Positions 1 to 12,541 of a DNA stretch of 64,000 bases are shown one piece after another. A program made the position numbers and the translations under genes. This DNA comes from Auanema rhodensis (Eukaryota > Animalia > Nematoda): contig OZ059895.1 of NCBI GenBank assembly GCA_964057225.1, positions 8,742,001-8,806,000 on the forward strand, read 5' to 3'. The stretch's first letter is position 1. Every line of letters begins with the position of its first letter. The notes beneath the pieces were generated by a model. That model was not told the DNA's origin, made no database searches, and was given only the letters and a program-made list of their open reading frames with translations.

Positions 1-3000
1 TTTATTTTCTAAAGCATGTCCTAAATCAAGCAATAAAAGTGTTATAATTATAATAGCTTTTCATACTATAAGAAACCATGTAATAAGCTGAAGCTTTCTG
101 TTTCATTTTCAAATCTATATGAGAAGCATATCGACGAATAATGTCGCTACTGTCCTCATACACTGAGCTTGATGTAGTTAAAGTCATATATGAACCAAAT
201 TCCTGAAAAGTGAATGAAAGCTACAAGAGAAACAGGAGCGATACCTCAAAAAAATCTTTTCGAAACTGTCGATATAAATCGGTAACAAGTTTATCGATAA
301 TTTGTTTAGTATTAAAGTAACTTTGATCCTCTGTGCTCTGCCAATGTAAAATTAATAAAATAACCAATATTTTTCCAATGTATTACCTTTTCCGCCATGC
401 AATGTCTATTTTCTTGAACACATCCCGAAAATAACTCAGCTTCTGATTGAATAAAATAACTTGCCATAATAGACTAAACCATAAAAACATTGATTATAAA
501 AATAAAATCATCACATACTCTCATTTGGCTAGAATATCTTTTGAAAATATTAGAAACAGCAAATTCATAACTCTCCCAGCCCACAACTTCTAAGAGTGCA
601 TCTATCTAGAATTTATCGAATAAACAATATGGTTAAAGAACAATACCTCAATAGGAGGTGGAACTTTGAGTTCCTCTGACACAAGTTCCTCTACTTTTTT
701 AACTTCTCTGTAAAGTTCGCCTATTAAACGAGCACTTGCATATGTAGGTTTCAAATTTCGAAGAGGATTATAATCAGGATAATACTCTACTTTTTCAGGA
801 GGACACCATTTTCGAAAATCATCTTCATCTGAAAAAAAAAGAATGAACCATAGGTGATGTATTTTCTTAACACCTTGTTCCCACGAAGTTTGGAGTTTAG
901 CAGGGGGATTGCCGGTTTTAGGAAAGTCTATTGCAATCGAAGCTTTTTCAGCTAATCGTGTAGATACCTGAAGATAGAATAGCATGAATAAAACGAGCAG
1001 TGTATCACTGACTGTGGAATCAATATGATATAAATCCGAATTGTGAAGATGGCAATTAGATATAACACCTATGGCATCCTGACTTATTACATTAACAAAA
1101 AATTTTGCACACTCTTCGTTCTGAAATATATACTTTTACTAGAAAGAGAGTATTAACTTAATTACTAAGTTAGACATGTTGATAGGAATCTTTTGCGATG
1201 GTTGGGCTGTGTAAGCACCCGCAGGACTATTTTCCTCCAAAAGTAGTTCTGGGTCCCATATAACGCTATACTCATCTCCATCCAGATCGGATCCTATAAG
1301 TAGTATTTCAAAGTTAAAACTTCAGCAAAGTTGAGCATTAAAAATACCTGCCATTTCATCAGGATGAGGACGGGGTCCGTAACTCGGAAAAACTAGAACG
1401 TCTACTAGATGATGGAGTTCCGGAACATCAATAGCTTCAAATATTCGTACATCACCAACCACCATTGTTGGACTTTTAGTGATCATTGCTGGTCCTTAAA
1501 TTAAAATATAGTTATTTTTATCTTCTGCAATGTTTTAAAACCTATGTGAACAATATTTTTTGTTTTGGAAGTTGGATTATATTCAGTGGATATACTAGAA
1601 TATTGGAAAAAAACCTAAACTAACTAACTTTAACAATAGTTTCCGGAAGTACTCATACTTGGCCTGATTGTAATCGACCACTTTCATCTAAAACTCCCAT
1701 CATGCCTCGACCTAAACCTCTAGGTATGGCAATTCGTAGTTTTTGCAACTGTCTTGCTATAAAAAATCATACAGTATGTTTATTCGTAATAACCAAACTT
1801 ATGGTGGAATGAGCATTGGCTAAGAGCATTCCTCGAAAGAAAGGTTCAAACGATAAACTCAAGCCAGTTCTATGATCCAGCCTCGTGATGTCAATCCTCC
1901 TAGGAAGTTCCTACAAAATGTCCTCAGATGAGTTGCAATCCAAATAGTAACCATTAATTTATTTTTACAATGATGGTCTGAAGAAATTTGCTTAGCAATA
2001 TTTCTTATATTCATATCTAATAATTGATGAATTCTATTCTTAATTCTATCATGCAATACTTTTTTTTTCTCACTTGCCTATAAGATTATCGTTTTTTTTA
2101 CTAACACTTGAAAAAAACGTACAAAATCGAGAACTGCAATCAGGGGTTTGTTCAAAAATAAGGTAGTAACGCCGGAATACTTCACAACTTCTAACGGTTG
2201 ATGAGGATAACGCTTTGCTTCAAATCTGAAACAAAACAAACTTTCAAAAAAACATTATAGAAACTGACTTCTCCTGGCTAGGTCTAAAAGCGCAATGTAA
2301 TGTCCATGAGTGTTCTTCAATTTTAGGAATGTTATTTTCTTTTGCCCAAGTAGATAACTGATCCAGATATGGATCAACTGATAAAACTCCTTTCATACCT
2401 CTAAATCGTATCTAAATCTTATATTGGTTATTATTCTGATATCGTTTACATCACTTACCTGAAAGCATCCAGGAACACTTCGAAGTCTCATATCTCTAAC
2501 AATACGTTTGGCGAAACTTGCACTTATGATGCCTACACCATCAGAAAATGTATAAGCTTTTCTTAAATAAATAAGTTCCTTTTTTCGTCATAATTTTAGC
2601 TAACTTCGACGAATTTTGACCACCAATTATGTCGTGTATCCGATGGTATTCCTCTCTATCTAATCCCACACCTGTTTCCTTAATTATTTCAATTAAAAAC
2701 TATTATTTGAAAAAAAACTTACTCGAGATTGTGTAAAACATTGGCCCAATCGAGCCATAAGTCTCGGAACACTATCCAGACGATCAAATCTATGCAATTA
2801 CATAATATAGAAATACAAATAATCTTACTAACCTTCCCATCTTAGTGCGGAACTTGATGATACTATAAGTATTCGAATTACTATCACTTGATTTTTGTTT
2901 TGATTTCCAGCTATGAGCATCTAACACTCCTAACATAAAGTATGCTCCGTGATCACGTTGCTGACTCGAAGAACTCCCCACATAGAAATAATGCCTTCCT

Positions 3001-5136
3001 AAATATCAAAATACATTATAATTTAAATGAAATCACCACTTACCACCAACTTGTATGCCTTTAGTGAAGGTTTCAATAACAGTATTTTCTATTTCTCGAA
3101 ATGTGTTTGATATTGTGGACAATTTCCTACCATCTTCGTCTCTATAAATCAGTAGAAACAAATTATGTACTCTCTTGGATAAAAAAACCTATAGGCTACA
3201 CGAATGAAAGAATAAGATCTTTCTTCATCACTTATAGAATGGGATCTAACAGCCCGATTACTCATAACTACTTCACGAGGCATAGGTAGTAAGCGGGTAG
3301 GTGTTATAATAACTTTCCTTATCTTCATGTATCCATCTTCTCTCTGTTCTGTTGTAAGTCCATTATGAACAGGAAATAGTACTTTCTTATAAAATAACAT
3401 AGAAAAACTCTGAAAATCTTTGTATTTAACAAAAATCTTAAAAGCCTATACTTACTTCAGGTAGGTTAGAAATCATAATATTTTCATCCACATAATGAAT
3501 TATTTCCTCTAATGTATCAAGACATGCCTAATGAAAAAACCATATTTGTAAGTGATACACTACTTACATTAGCATCTTTGAAAAAACTTTCGCTGACCAT
3601 ATCTAGGAAATTTTTCCACACTTGTTTATTTCTTAGAATCTGGCACTTAACCATAGAACCTCTGCAAAACAGCTGGTAACAATATAAAGATAGGAGAAAA
3701 CAAACCTTGCTAAAAGAGCTTCAACAAGGTAAACTAATTCGTTTTTGTTTGCTATGAAATTCTGTTCTTTCGATATTCTCATATTTGTCGCAGTTCTCTG
3801 AAAAATCAGACGATATTAAAGCACAATTGAGCATCAATTAGTTAACCTCCAATTCACAGTTGAAACAGTAATATATACTATAAAGAATTTCATCAGTTAC
3901 ACATTTTCTGAATTCGCCCTCAGGTTCCATGACATACGGCCAAAAAGGATTGGTATTTTCCGATATTATTTGAACATTTTGCTAAAACAGAGAAAAACTA
4001 GTTGTACATTCGAAAATACTTACTTCCAAATTTACAAGCTCGATAGGAACACGGGAACGGTTATATAAGCGAGATAATAATGAGTAAAATGTACTCTATA
4101 AAATAGAATTAATAGAAACACCATTAGTTAGGGTACCAAATCAATGTCAAGATTGAGGCTATAAATCGAGCTATGAGTAATAGCCGGTTGTCCACTACAC
4201 CGATATTTCTTTCTCTCTGGACTTCTGATATCACAAAAAATTTTATGACGACGGAATAACCTAAAAAAAACAATGCTGATTCATACTTTTTCCAAATTTC
4301 ACTTATAAGTCGAAGAATTCTCGTTTCTTCCTGAAGACCGAATTATTGCGGGGGAAGATGTAAGAAAATGCAAAATAAAACAAGTCTGCGTCTTAACTTC
4401 GACGAAAATCTTCCTGATGAAGTGGAACGGTATCTAGAAGAATTATAAGTCAACTGACCAAACTTATATCAAACCGAAATTTCATATTTCACTTTAATGT
4501 TGTTACCCTCTCTATCTCTAAATCCTAAGAAAGCATATAACTCCAGAAGAGTATCCGAAAAATTACCTTCAAACTGCCTTATCTCGGTAGAAATTCTGGA
4601 TTTGTCATATTCAAAGCTGGTATGTATTTTTTCTCCAGAATTGCAATTAAGTTTCCAATGAATAACATGATTTGCTCTCCAAAAGGATCCAAAATACAAT
4701 TCAGTGGTTTTCAGATCTTCATGTGCCGAACTAAATTTTTTAATTTATAATACGAAATGAAATTGCATATTCACGAACATGATATTTTGAGAAAACCATT
4801 CACTGCTTGCGAAACTAATTGAAAATGTACTTAGAGGCAGTTTAGAACAAAAACATTGAAGCGTTTTCAATATTTCAGCAATTTTTAGAAAACTGACAGC
4901 TTGATCATTGCCTTGATATTTACCAACCTGCAAAATTATAAAACTGATATGTTTCAAAGGCTATTTCAAACTTCAATAGGTAATTCATATTGGTTAATGA
5001 ACTCATTATTTAAAAAAATCGGGTCGACAGCACTATCAGACACATTGTACTGATTTTTAGAAAGTTCCTGCAAAAACTTATTTTTTAATATCATAAGAAA
5101 AGAAAAAACACTACTTTTAACAGAATTAAGTGACAT
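1..5136 (-). CDS. RNA-dependent RNA polymerase, EGO-1/RRF-1-like; multi-exon, 3' end continues beyond window start
   Basis: Spliced minus-strand translation gives RdRP motifs in order: [20 protein letters not shown] (3149-3400), [14 protein letters not shown] (~2940-2980), [16 protein letters not shown] (~2723-2770), [40 protein letters not shown]|[17 protein letters not shown] (catalytic DLDGD ~1274-1288), and [10 protein letters not shown] near the window start. The ATG at 5136 is tentative. Confidence 0.93.
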
Positions 5137-8100
5137 CTTTTCAATATATTTAATTTCTCAGTTTCATTATATTCTTTTATTTCAAAGTTTCTCAATATTA
5201 GAGACAAATGTTTCTTTTCCGTTCTGAAAAACTGACGTTAGTTTATGTGATATATAATTATCATACCGATTATTATTTTCAAACATCTAATACAAAACCG
5301 ATGAATGCATTTAGATTAATCCTTAACAAAATGATATATAACATTGAAAGTGCAAGTTTATTTAATCCAAATAGTAAAATGTGAGAATAAACATTAGTTT
5401 ACACTATTATGAAATCATCAAGATATATAATTGTAATTGAAATCTTGCTGATATGTTGAAACAACTATTATAATTTCATTTATTGAAAACTCTATAATTG
5501 CGAATATTTAGAACTGCAATTAATAAAATAATCTGTATTTATATAATTTCTCATTAATCATACGAATCGTAACCTTCATCGAAGCAAAATACAATATCTT
5601 GCTTACATTATAGTTAAGCTCCAACCAATAATAAGTACAATTTCAAAATAACTATTAAAATCGAGCAAGCTCCACAACACGAAAATTTGCGTATGTATTT
5701 TTAAGAAGTATTACATTATGAAATCGAACAGATAAATATAATAAAATAGTAATAGAATGCTTAATAACGTTTTTGAATTTTCTGAATTTTGTTTTTAGAA
5801 TTTAATACCATTAATATCAAATTTTGGAAAATTTTTACAAATTGAAGATTTTTTTATTTTTATTTTTTAGAAGTTTTTTGAAGCTTATTGAAGCTTTTGA
5901 TAATCAAAGGAAGTTTACTTTGGTTTATACTGTCTCTAGTTTTTTGTTCTTAAGTTGCTTTAACATTAACAAAATTAATTGGAATGAGAAGTCCCTTTAA
6001 GCATGGATCTGGCACGATTTGAGAAAGATGAGCGAGTCTGAGTGACGGGTCAAACCAGATAAGAAGATTAGGAGCTGAAGCGTAAAAAGAATCAGACTGA
6101 AGGACGATAGTGATCTAATTGTGATCATTCGATATTAAGGATGAGATACGTAGAGTTATTAGTTGTTGTTTCCGATTAATTCGGAGTTGGGTATAAGTAT
6201 GTGTCCAATTCATCTGGGAAAAAAATATTGATGCTTCTTTGTTTAGTTTTGTAATTGTGGTTTCGTGCTTTAAGTGATGGACAATGCTTTGCACATGATG
6301 AATGGCATTCTTCAGTTGTCTAAACATCCATTGGGCACTGTTGTTATCCTCTTTCTTATATATACTTAAGCTTTCTTGCGCATGTATCAGGTCATCGAGG
6401 TGTAACCAGGATTAGAACTCTTCTATTGAAATTACAGATTATGAGTATTTGCTTTATTCTAGTAGCAATTACATTCTACTTGAAGTTTGTATCATGGAAT
6501 GAAAGAAGCTAGAACTTCCTGTAAAAAGTTTTCACTGTATAGGAGCCAAAGGTTAAAATTACCATTACAAATGCAAGAAAGCATTAGTGTAGCACTTATA
6601 ATCTTGGATTCACGGCGGAATTTCCTTTGTCATTCTCTTAAGATTTGTATTAGTCTTTGAGTAATGTCGGCTTTACTCTCTAGTATTTCGTTCAGCACTG
6701 TATCTAATTAACTCTATTGTTTCATGACCTCTTTTTGAACCCCCTTGCATTATTTTCTTAGAAAGAATGACTAAAATATAAGACATTTTCACATAATATG
6801 ACTGAAGTTCAAAAACCTTTGAGTGCCTTAGAATTGTTTTGTCACTTGTTGATGTAAATGATGAAAGAAAAAAAGACCACACAATGTTCCTAAAAAATGT
6901 AATAAATGTCTGAGAAGTTTTAAAACAGAAAGTCTGGTCATTTTTCGTTTTATTTTCAAGCCAAATTGCCTTTTGTTCTCATCGTATCTTTTTTATGTCC
7001 CATTCTTCTCCACCTGATGAGGAGATATATTCAAAACACCACCTTTAGATCAGAAATCGTTTCTCATTGCAGTTGAAAATCGAATAACAATAGCGTCAGC
7101 TAACAAATTTAGTCAATATATCTGTGAAGAGTCTCCCTCAACTCTTCTAAAAGTGTTTCAACATTTTTATTTGAATCTGCTCTGCTCCGGTTTAGTTTAG
7201 TCATTCCTTTTCTCAGGAGACATTCCAGGACACATTTATGAATGTAAGAAGAACAAAGACTGGTGACAGTGAGTTTGGGAGGTAGACAAGTATCTAGTAT
7301 TTTCAAAAAATACATTATCAAAGTACACATTTTCCTTCTTATAATATTTTTCGGAAACGAAGATTAAAAAAAAGGGAAAAAGTATTATGTTTTAACAGCA
7401 GTTATTTGAAAAGTATAAAACGTTTTTAAATTTAAAAAAAATTCACATTGTCTATAAGTGTGAAAGATGATGAAAAATAAATTATATAATACCGTATGCC
7501 AATCCTTACCTTAGAAGGTTGACCTAGACGAATTATGGACTGTTTAGAAAAATAATTAAAGAAGAATAGTCGACGTAAAGATTAAGGATTATGAAAAGAT
7601 CTTCTTGTGTAATATTTCAGAATAACCATTCGTTCTATTCATTCATTCACTTATTTTTGTAGATTAATGTTCTATGAAATAGCACTTGACCATCCTTGAA
7701 TATCACTCTCCTTTTAGGAAAATAAATTGTCAAAAACGTACAATGGAAGTGAAACACAGAAAGATATATAATCCAATATTCTAATTTATATGAAATGATG
7801 TAATTATATGGAAAATATATTATACTTAATGTTTGAATCTATCGATAATACTTTAAATAAACAGAAAAGATACAGTATAGCTATAGAAGTGTTCACATAT
7901 TAGGAAAACAACAATTTAATAGGGATATTCGAGTCTAATAGGAGCATAGACGTTTTGAAGATCATTCAACAACAGAACAAGGATATTGATGTTCGAACTA
8001 ATGTCAGAGCAAATAAACTATATCCCTATCGTGTATCTCTAGCACGTTAAGTTTCGTTTCCTCGTTCCATTACGCATTACTTATGATTGCTTTCAGACTA

Positions 8101-8891
8101 AGGAGAAAAATACTCAAAAATGGTTCGAATTCAACATCAAATGTTTAGTTTAAGCCCCTATATATCTTTCAAATGCTCCCTTCCGTCATCAGTTTTGAGA
8201 TTTGGTATACAATTCATATTTGATCCCTATTTGCTTATTCTCTTCTTTTCTTTTTTTTTCTTAACCTTCTATCCCAGGATAGGCGTGTGTCTGGATTGGC
8301 ACGTTGCAGATTAGATGGATTGTGTTTGCGAAAAAAAGAAAGAGGGAGAAAGAAAAAGAGAAAAAAGAGAGAGATAAAGAAAAATAGATAGAGAACATGA
8401 TGTAAGTAGAGATGGTGAGAAGTAAAAAAGAGGTGAAGAGAACAAGGAGAAATATAAGGGATTGGACTTGTCATTCTGAACTCACTTGTCACCTTCTGCT
8501 GATTACCTTATAAACAGATAAACAGAGGATTATATGACATGCGACAATGAGAAAATGAGAGATTGAATACCTTGGAGTATAGAGAGAAGACGAAAGTGAA
8601 AAATACAGATATGTTGGCCAGCAACATACTATACTACCATATTCTATTATGTAACAATGAAATTGCGTGTATTCTGATGATTACCTTTTGCATTTATGAA
8701 AATATAATTAGTATTTATACGAAAAAGATAATATATATCTAACTATTTATCATTATCATACTCACTATATTGAAGAGATTATTGAGATTATACATATGTA
8801 TATTCATAATGACTTTCACTAGAATATTCGTTAACGAGAAGAATATTATTATAAACGACATATTATATAATTATTTATAATAAATAAATAA

Positions 8892-8923
<32 letters not shown>

Positions 8924-11900
8924 TTATATTGTTTAAGTTATCGATGACATTATTTAACTTGAAGCTATAGTCGCCACATATTCGTCAATATTGTATGTAT
9001 TAGAAAGTAAACTCTAAATAAGGAAATCAATGCATTTTCACACACATAGACCAAACACATATGTCAATACGATTGACATAGAGAATACAACTTTATAAAC
9101 GCTTATGTTGTTGAGATATTATGGAAAATCACGCAGACATCTTATTCATCATTGACTTTTCTTAGTTTTAATATTCTTCTTTTCGTTGTTCGTAAGAAGT
9201 GAAATTTTAACTTTCCCTTTGAAACTTAACATAACTCGTGTGAGCATTTCTTTTCCTTTTTCTATTCGTAGATTTACTCAACATGTTGAAAAGGATCAAT
9301 GATGCATAAGCTTTAGTGCTCCTATTTCTCGATACTATTATGACAGTCTCTCTGCTTCCTTTTTCCTTGATCACAGCCGGCATGGCCACTTATGACATGA
9401 CCATATAAGAAAATGGTCGTCTGTCATGACTATTGTCGTTCCGCCTCAGTTGCATCATGTACACCTGTCGCATACTCTAGACCTTTTCTGCTTTTCTTTT
9501 CTCTTCGGCCTGATTTTGGCGCCTAGAGGCTTGCGACCTTGGCTTGGCTTCTCAACTAAATAGTCGACTAGCGCCATCTGTCGTCCATAATAAAAGAGAT
9601 AGAAGATACCTTGGCTGACAATGAAAATCAAAATCTATGTGCTTTGCTTGTGCATATTAGTATCTACTAAGCAAAGTGAGAATGAATAGACTCGATGTAG
9701 CAGAGACAGCTCTGGCTTTTAGAGATCGAAAAGAAGAATACTGCTCTTCTTTCAATAAAAGGGAGTTAGACCAGGATCCTCTTACATTCTACCTAGCATA
9801 AATATTCTCATAGCATTCAACATCAAAGAAATATGTTCACTCCATGTACCATGAAAAGTTATTTTGTTTCTTTTAGTTTTGAAAAAAATATTATCCATCA
9901 GGTGACATGACACAGCTGTGTAGACTAATGACTTTGTTCAAAGCTCTTTTATGCATTTCTGTATCGAACGGTATGACCTGCTGTTTGGAAACTCTATTTA
10001 TAGATTGAATTATTTCCAATACTGCAACATAAAATAAATCATATATCAATAGCTTCTATATAAAATCTTTTATTAATTGAACAATTTCAATATTATTTGA
10101 AACTACTTAAGAGAAAGGATTAGTTTGTGAAAGAATATTAATATAAACTTTAATATATTTAGCTATTATTCAGAAAAAAATTAGTTGTAATACGAAAACT
10201 TGAAAACTAATCATTACTTCATATCTGAATTTAAATTTCATTTCTAACATTTTCCCGCGCTGATCAGTTTAGTTGTAGTTTTTATTTCGCTAAGTATTCA
10301 ACGTCAGCAGTCAGTATCTTTTTAGATATTGTAAAAATTATTTTATTCTTCCCTATTATTTTTTTTGTATAGAATACCTTGAAATTTATCTCAAGTCTTC
10401 TGTTTTTTCTTAAACCCCCCTTTCCTTTTTATTTTCCTCTTTTCTTAAAAAAATGCCAGCTGGAGTGGTTAGAGGATGTAAAGAGAGGACGGTCTTTCTA
10501 ATTATGACGAGGTCGTCCGTTTTCCTTCTGTCTCCATTTCCGCGTCCATTTTCATTCTTCCAATTGCCTTCCTTATTCTTTCCACCAAGGTAGATGAATT
10601 GAAATGAAAGTATGAGGTGGCTGTAAATGGCATTTCACTACATTATTTAAATGAATTGTTTAAGAACTGAGAGTTCTGTCTTTTAGCGGATTTTTAGGTT
10701 AATTTGGTATAATAGAACTTTATTTCACTGCTGATAATAATCCAAAACAGTTTTGATGTTATCTATGAGCTCTTCACGGTTGAAGCCAAACATGATTTAT
10801 TTGGGTTCCGCATGGTTGCGATTATTAAACCTTTCCTTTTAAATGATTACTTTTTGGAACTATTTCTCTCGGAGCTGTGCTCAATCCGGATTGTTTCTTG
10901 GATGGTTTTCGATAGGACAATGACCTTTATAGCTTATTTTTGCGCGAACAATCTAGCTTCATTTCAACCAACTCTCCGACAGAACCGACAGATTTTAGCG
11001 ACAAACGATTTCTTTTTTAGGATGTTTGCTTATTCGAATTTCATCCTCTTTTAGTCTTTCACTCACTTTCGACATTTTATTTGCTTCATCAATATTGTCC
11101 TTGATGCCGTAGCATTTCTTCAGTTTTTGAACATGGTTTGATTTTTTCATTTCCCTCCCCGCTCCTTTCGCTGAAATATTCGAAGAGTTCCTCACTATCT
11201 CTTGTTTTGAATAATTTCTCGATTTCTTTTTCGTCAGCACGTTTGAATAGTTTGTCCATTAATATTATTGATTAATGAATTATTAACATGCCCACCCCAT
11301 TCATAAGGAAAACTCGTAAAATATCAATACTTTTAAATGATAACACCCTTATGATTTGTAAATAAGTTTTTCCGCCAATTCCTGATTTATCTAATAATGA
11401 GAGGTAAATTGTTACCTGAAATTAGATGTTTTCCTGAAAATTTTCTGTTGAAATTTTTTTAAATCTGAAAAGTTCCTTGTTCAATACCCTTGTTGTTTTA
11501 TTAGTTTTCGCGCAATCTTTTTGGCGAAGTGTTACTCAAGCTATTAGTTGTACGTGATAATATTTTAGAACTATGAGCTGATAAGCATTTATTTCGAAAG
11601 CTTACCGTTTCTAGAATGAACACCATGTTAGGTTTGGTGCTTCTCTCTGCTTATCTTCACCGTCTTTGTCATCTCTTGTTGCACTTGACACTAGTATTCA
11701 TGTTTGCCAACTGTACCTTCGTAGTTTTATTCCCTGTTTTCTATTTCTCTTTTCTTGCACACTCCTTTTCCTTCTTGAAGTTTGTGTTCAACTTGTTATA
11801 CGCCGTCTATCCCTTCTTTCCATTATGTAGTGTGATGATCATCTGGGAAAAGTTCGATTTATCTAGTTTAGCTTTGCAACCCGATATCCCCTTTTTTCTT

Positions 11901-12328
11901 TCCGTCAGAGGGTCTACTGCCTCCTTACGCATGTACTGTTCTCTTCAACCTGCTCTTCGATTGTCCATCTTCTACTGTAATGAAGAGCTGTCGGATGGTT
12001 TACCCTAAAACGATACTACTTTTCGAGTTTTAATTCTCTGAGATATCATGTTCTTCTAACTTTGTTTTACGATTCGTGATCTAGCTCGAAAGTCTTTCAC
12101 CACATAATTTACAGACAATATATCTCGTGTGTCATAAAATGATTATTTTCGACGTTACTTAATGCTTTAAAATTATTTTTTCACTATTAGTTGCCGAATA
12201 AAATCTTAGGCAATGAACGTGCACGCGTCATTTGACGGCCTTATCCATCCAAATCTTTGCCACTCCAAACGAACATCTCCTGTCATCATCACGATCGACT
12301 CTACTGGTCTTAAGCTTTTTGAAAAGCC

Positions 12329-12541
12329 AAAAGCTTAATGATGAACGAAGAGGCTGCGAAAAGAAGGAAGGATTGCTAGTTATTCTTAGAAACGCAGACA
12401 GATTTTGATCGCGACCGGTTTACTAATTCCGTCCCTTCTTCTCCTCTTCCTTCTCTATTCAGCCATTATTTCTTCTTCCTCTTCTACTATCTTTTTGATC
12501 CGCTAGGCCCTACTTCAGTACCTTTACATCATTAAGCTTTT
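12329..12541. repeat. Inverted-repeat-bounded foldback segment (15-bp perfect terminal IR)
   Basis: AAAAGCTTAATGATG (12329-12343) is the exact reverse complement of CATCATTAAGCTTTT (12527-12541). An imperfect inner IR pairs GGCTG..AGAAGGAAG (~12352-12370) with CTTCCTTCT..CAGCC (~12446-12464). Confidence 0.55.

Noticed and set aside
7460-8050. Exon-like plus-strand pieces (e.g. ttag|ENNNLIGIFES...VSLAR*)
   Set aside because: Could not be joined into a stop-free spliced ORF and resemble no family I recognise.
8120-8135. B-box-like GGTTCGAATTC suggesting a tRNA or Pol III gene
   Set aside because: No A-box, acceptor stem or cloverleaf in the flanks.
11616-12008. 130-aa hydrophobic ORF, and similar ORFs at 12593, 13501, 22646, 24710 and 25050
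   Set aside because: F/L/S-rich products expected from the T/C-rich strand; intronless in an intron-dense genome; no motifs.
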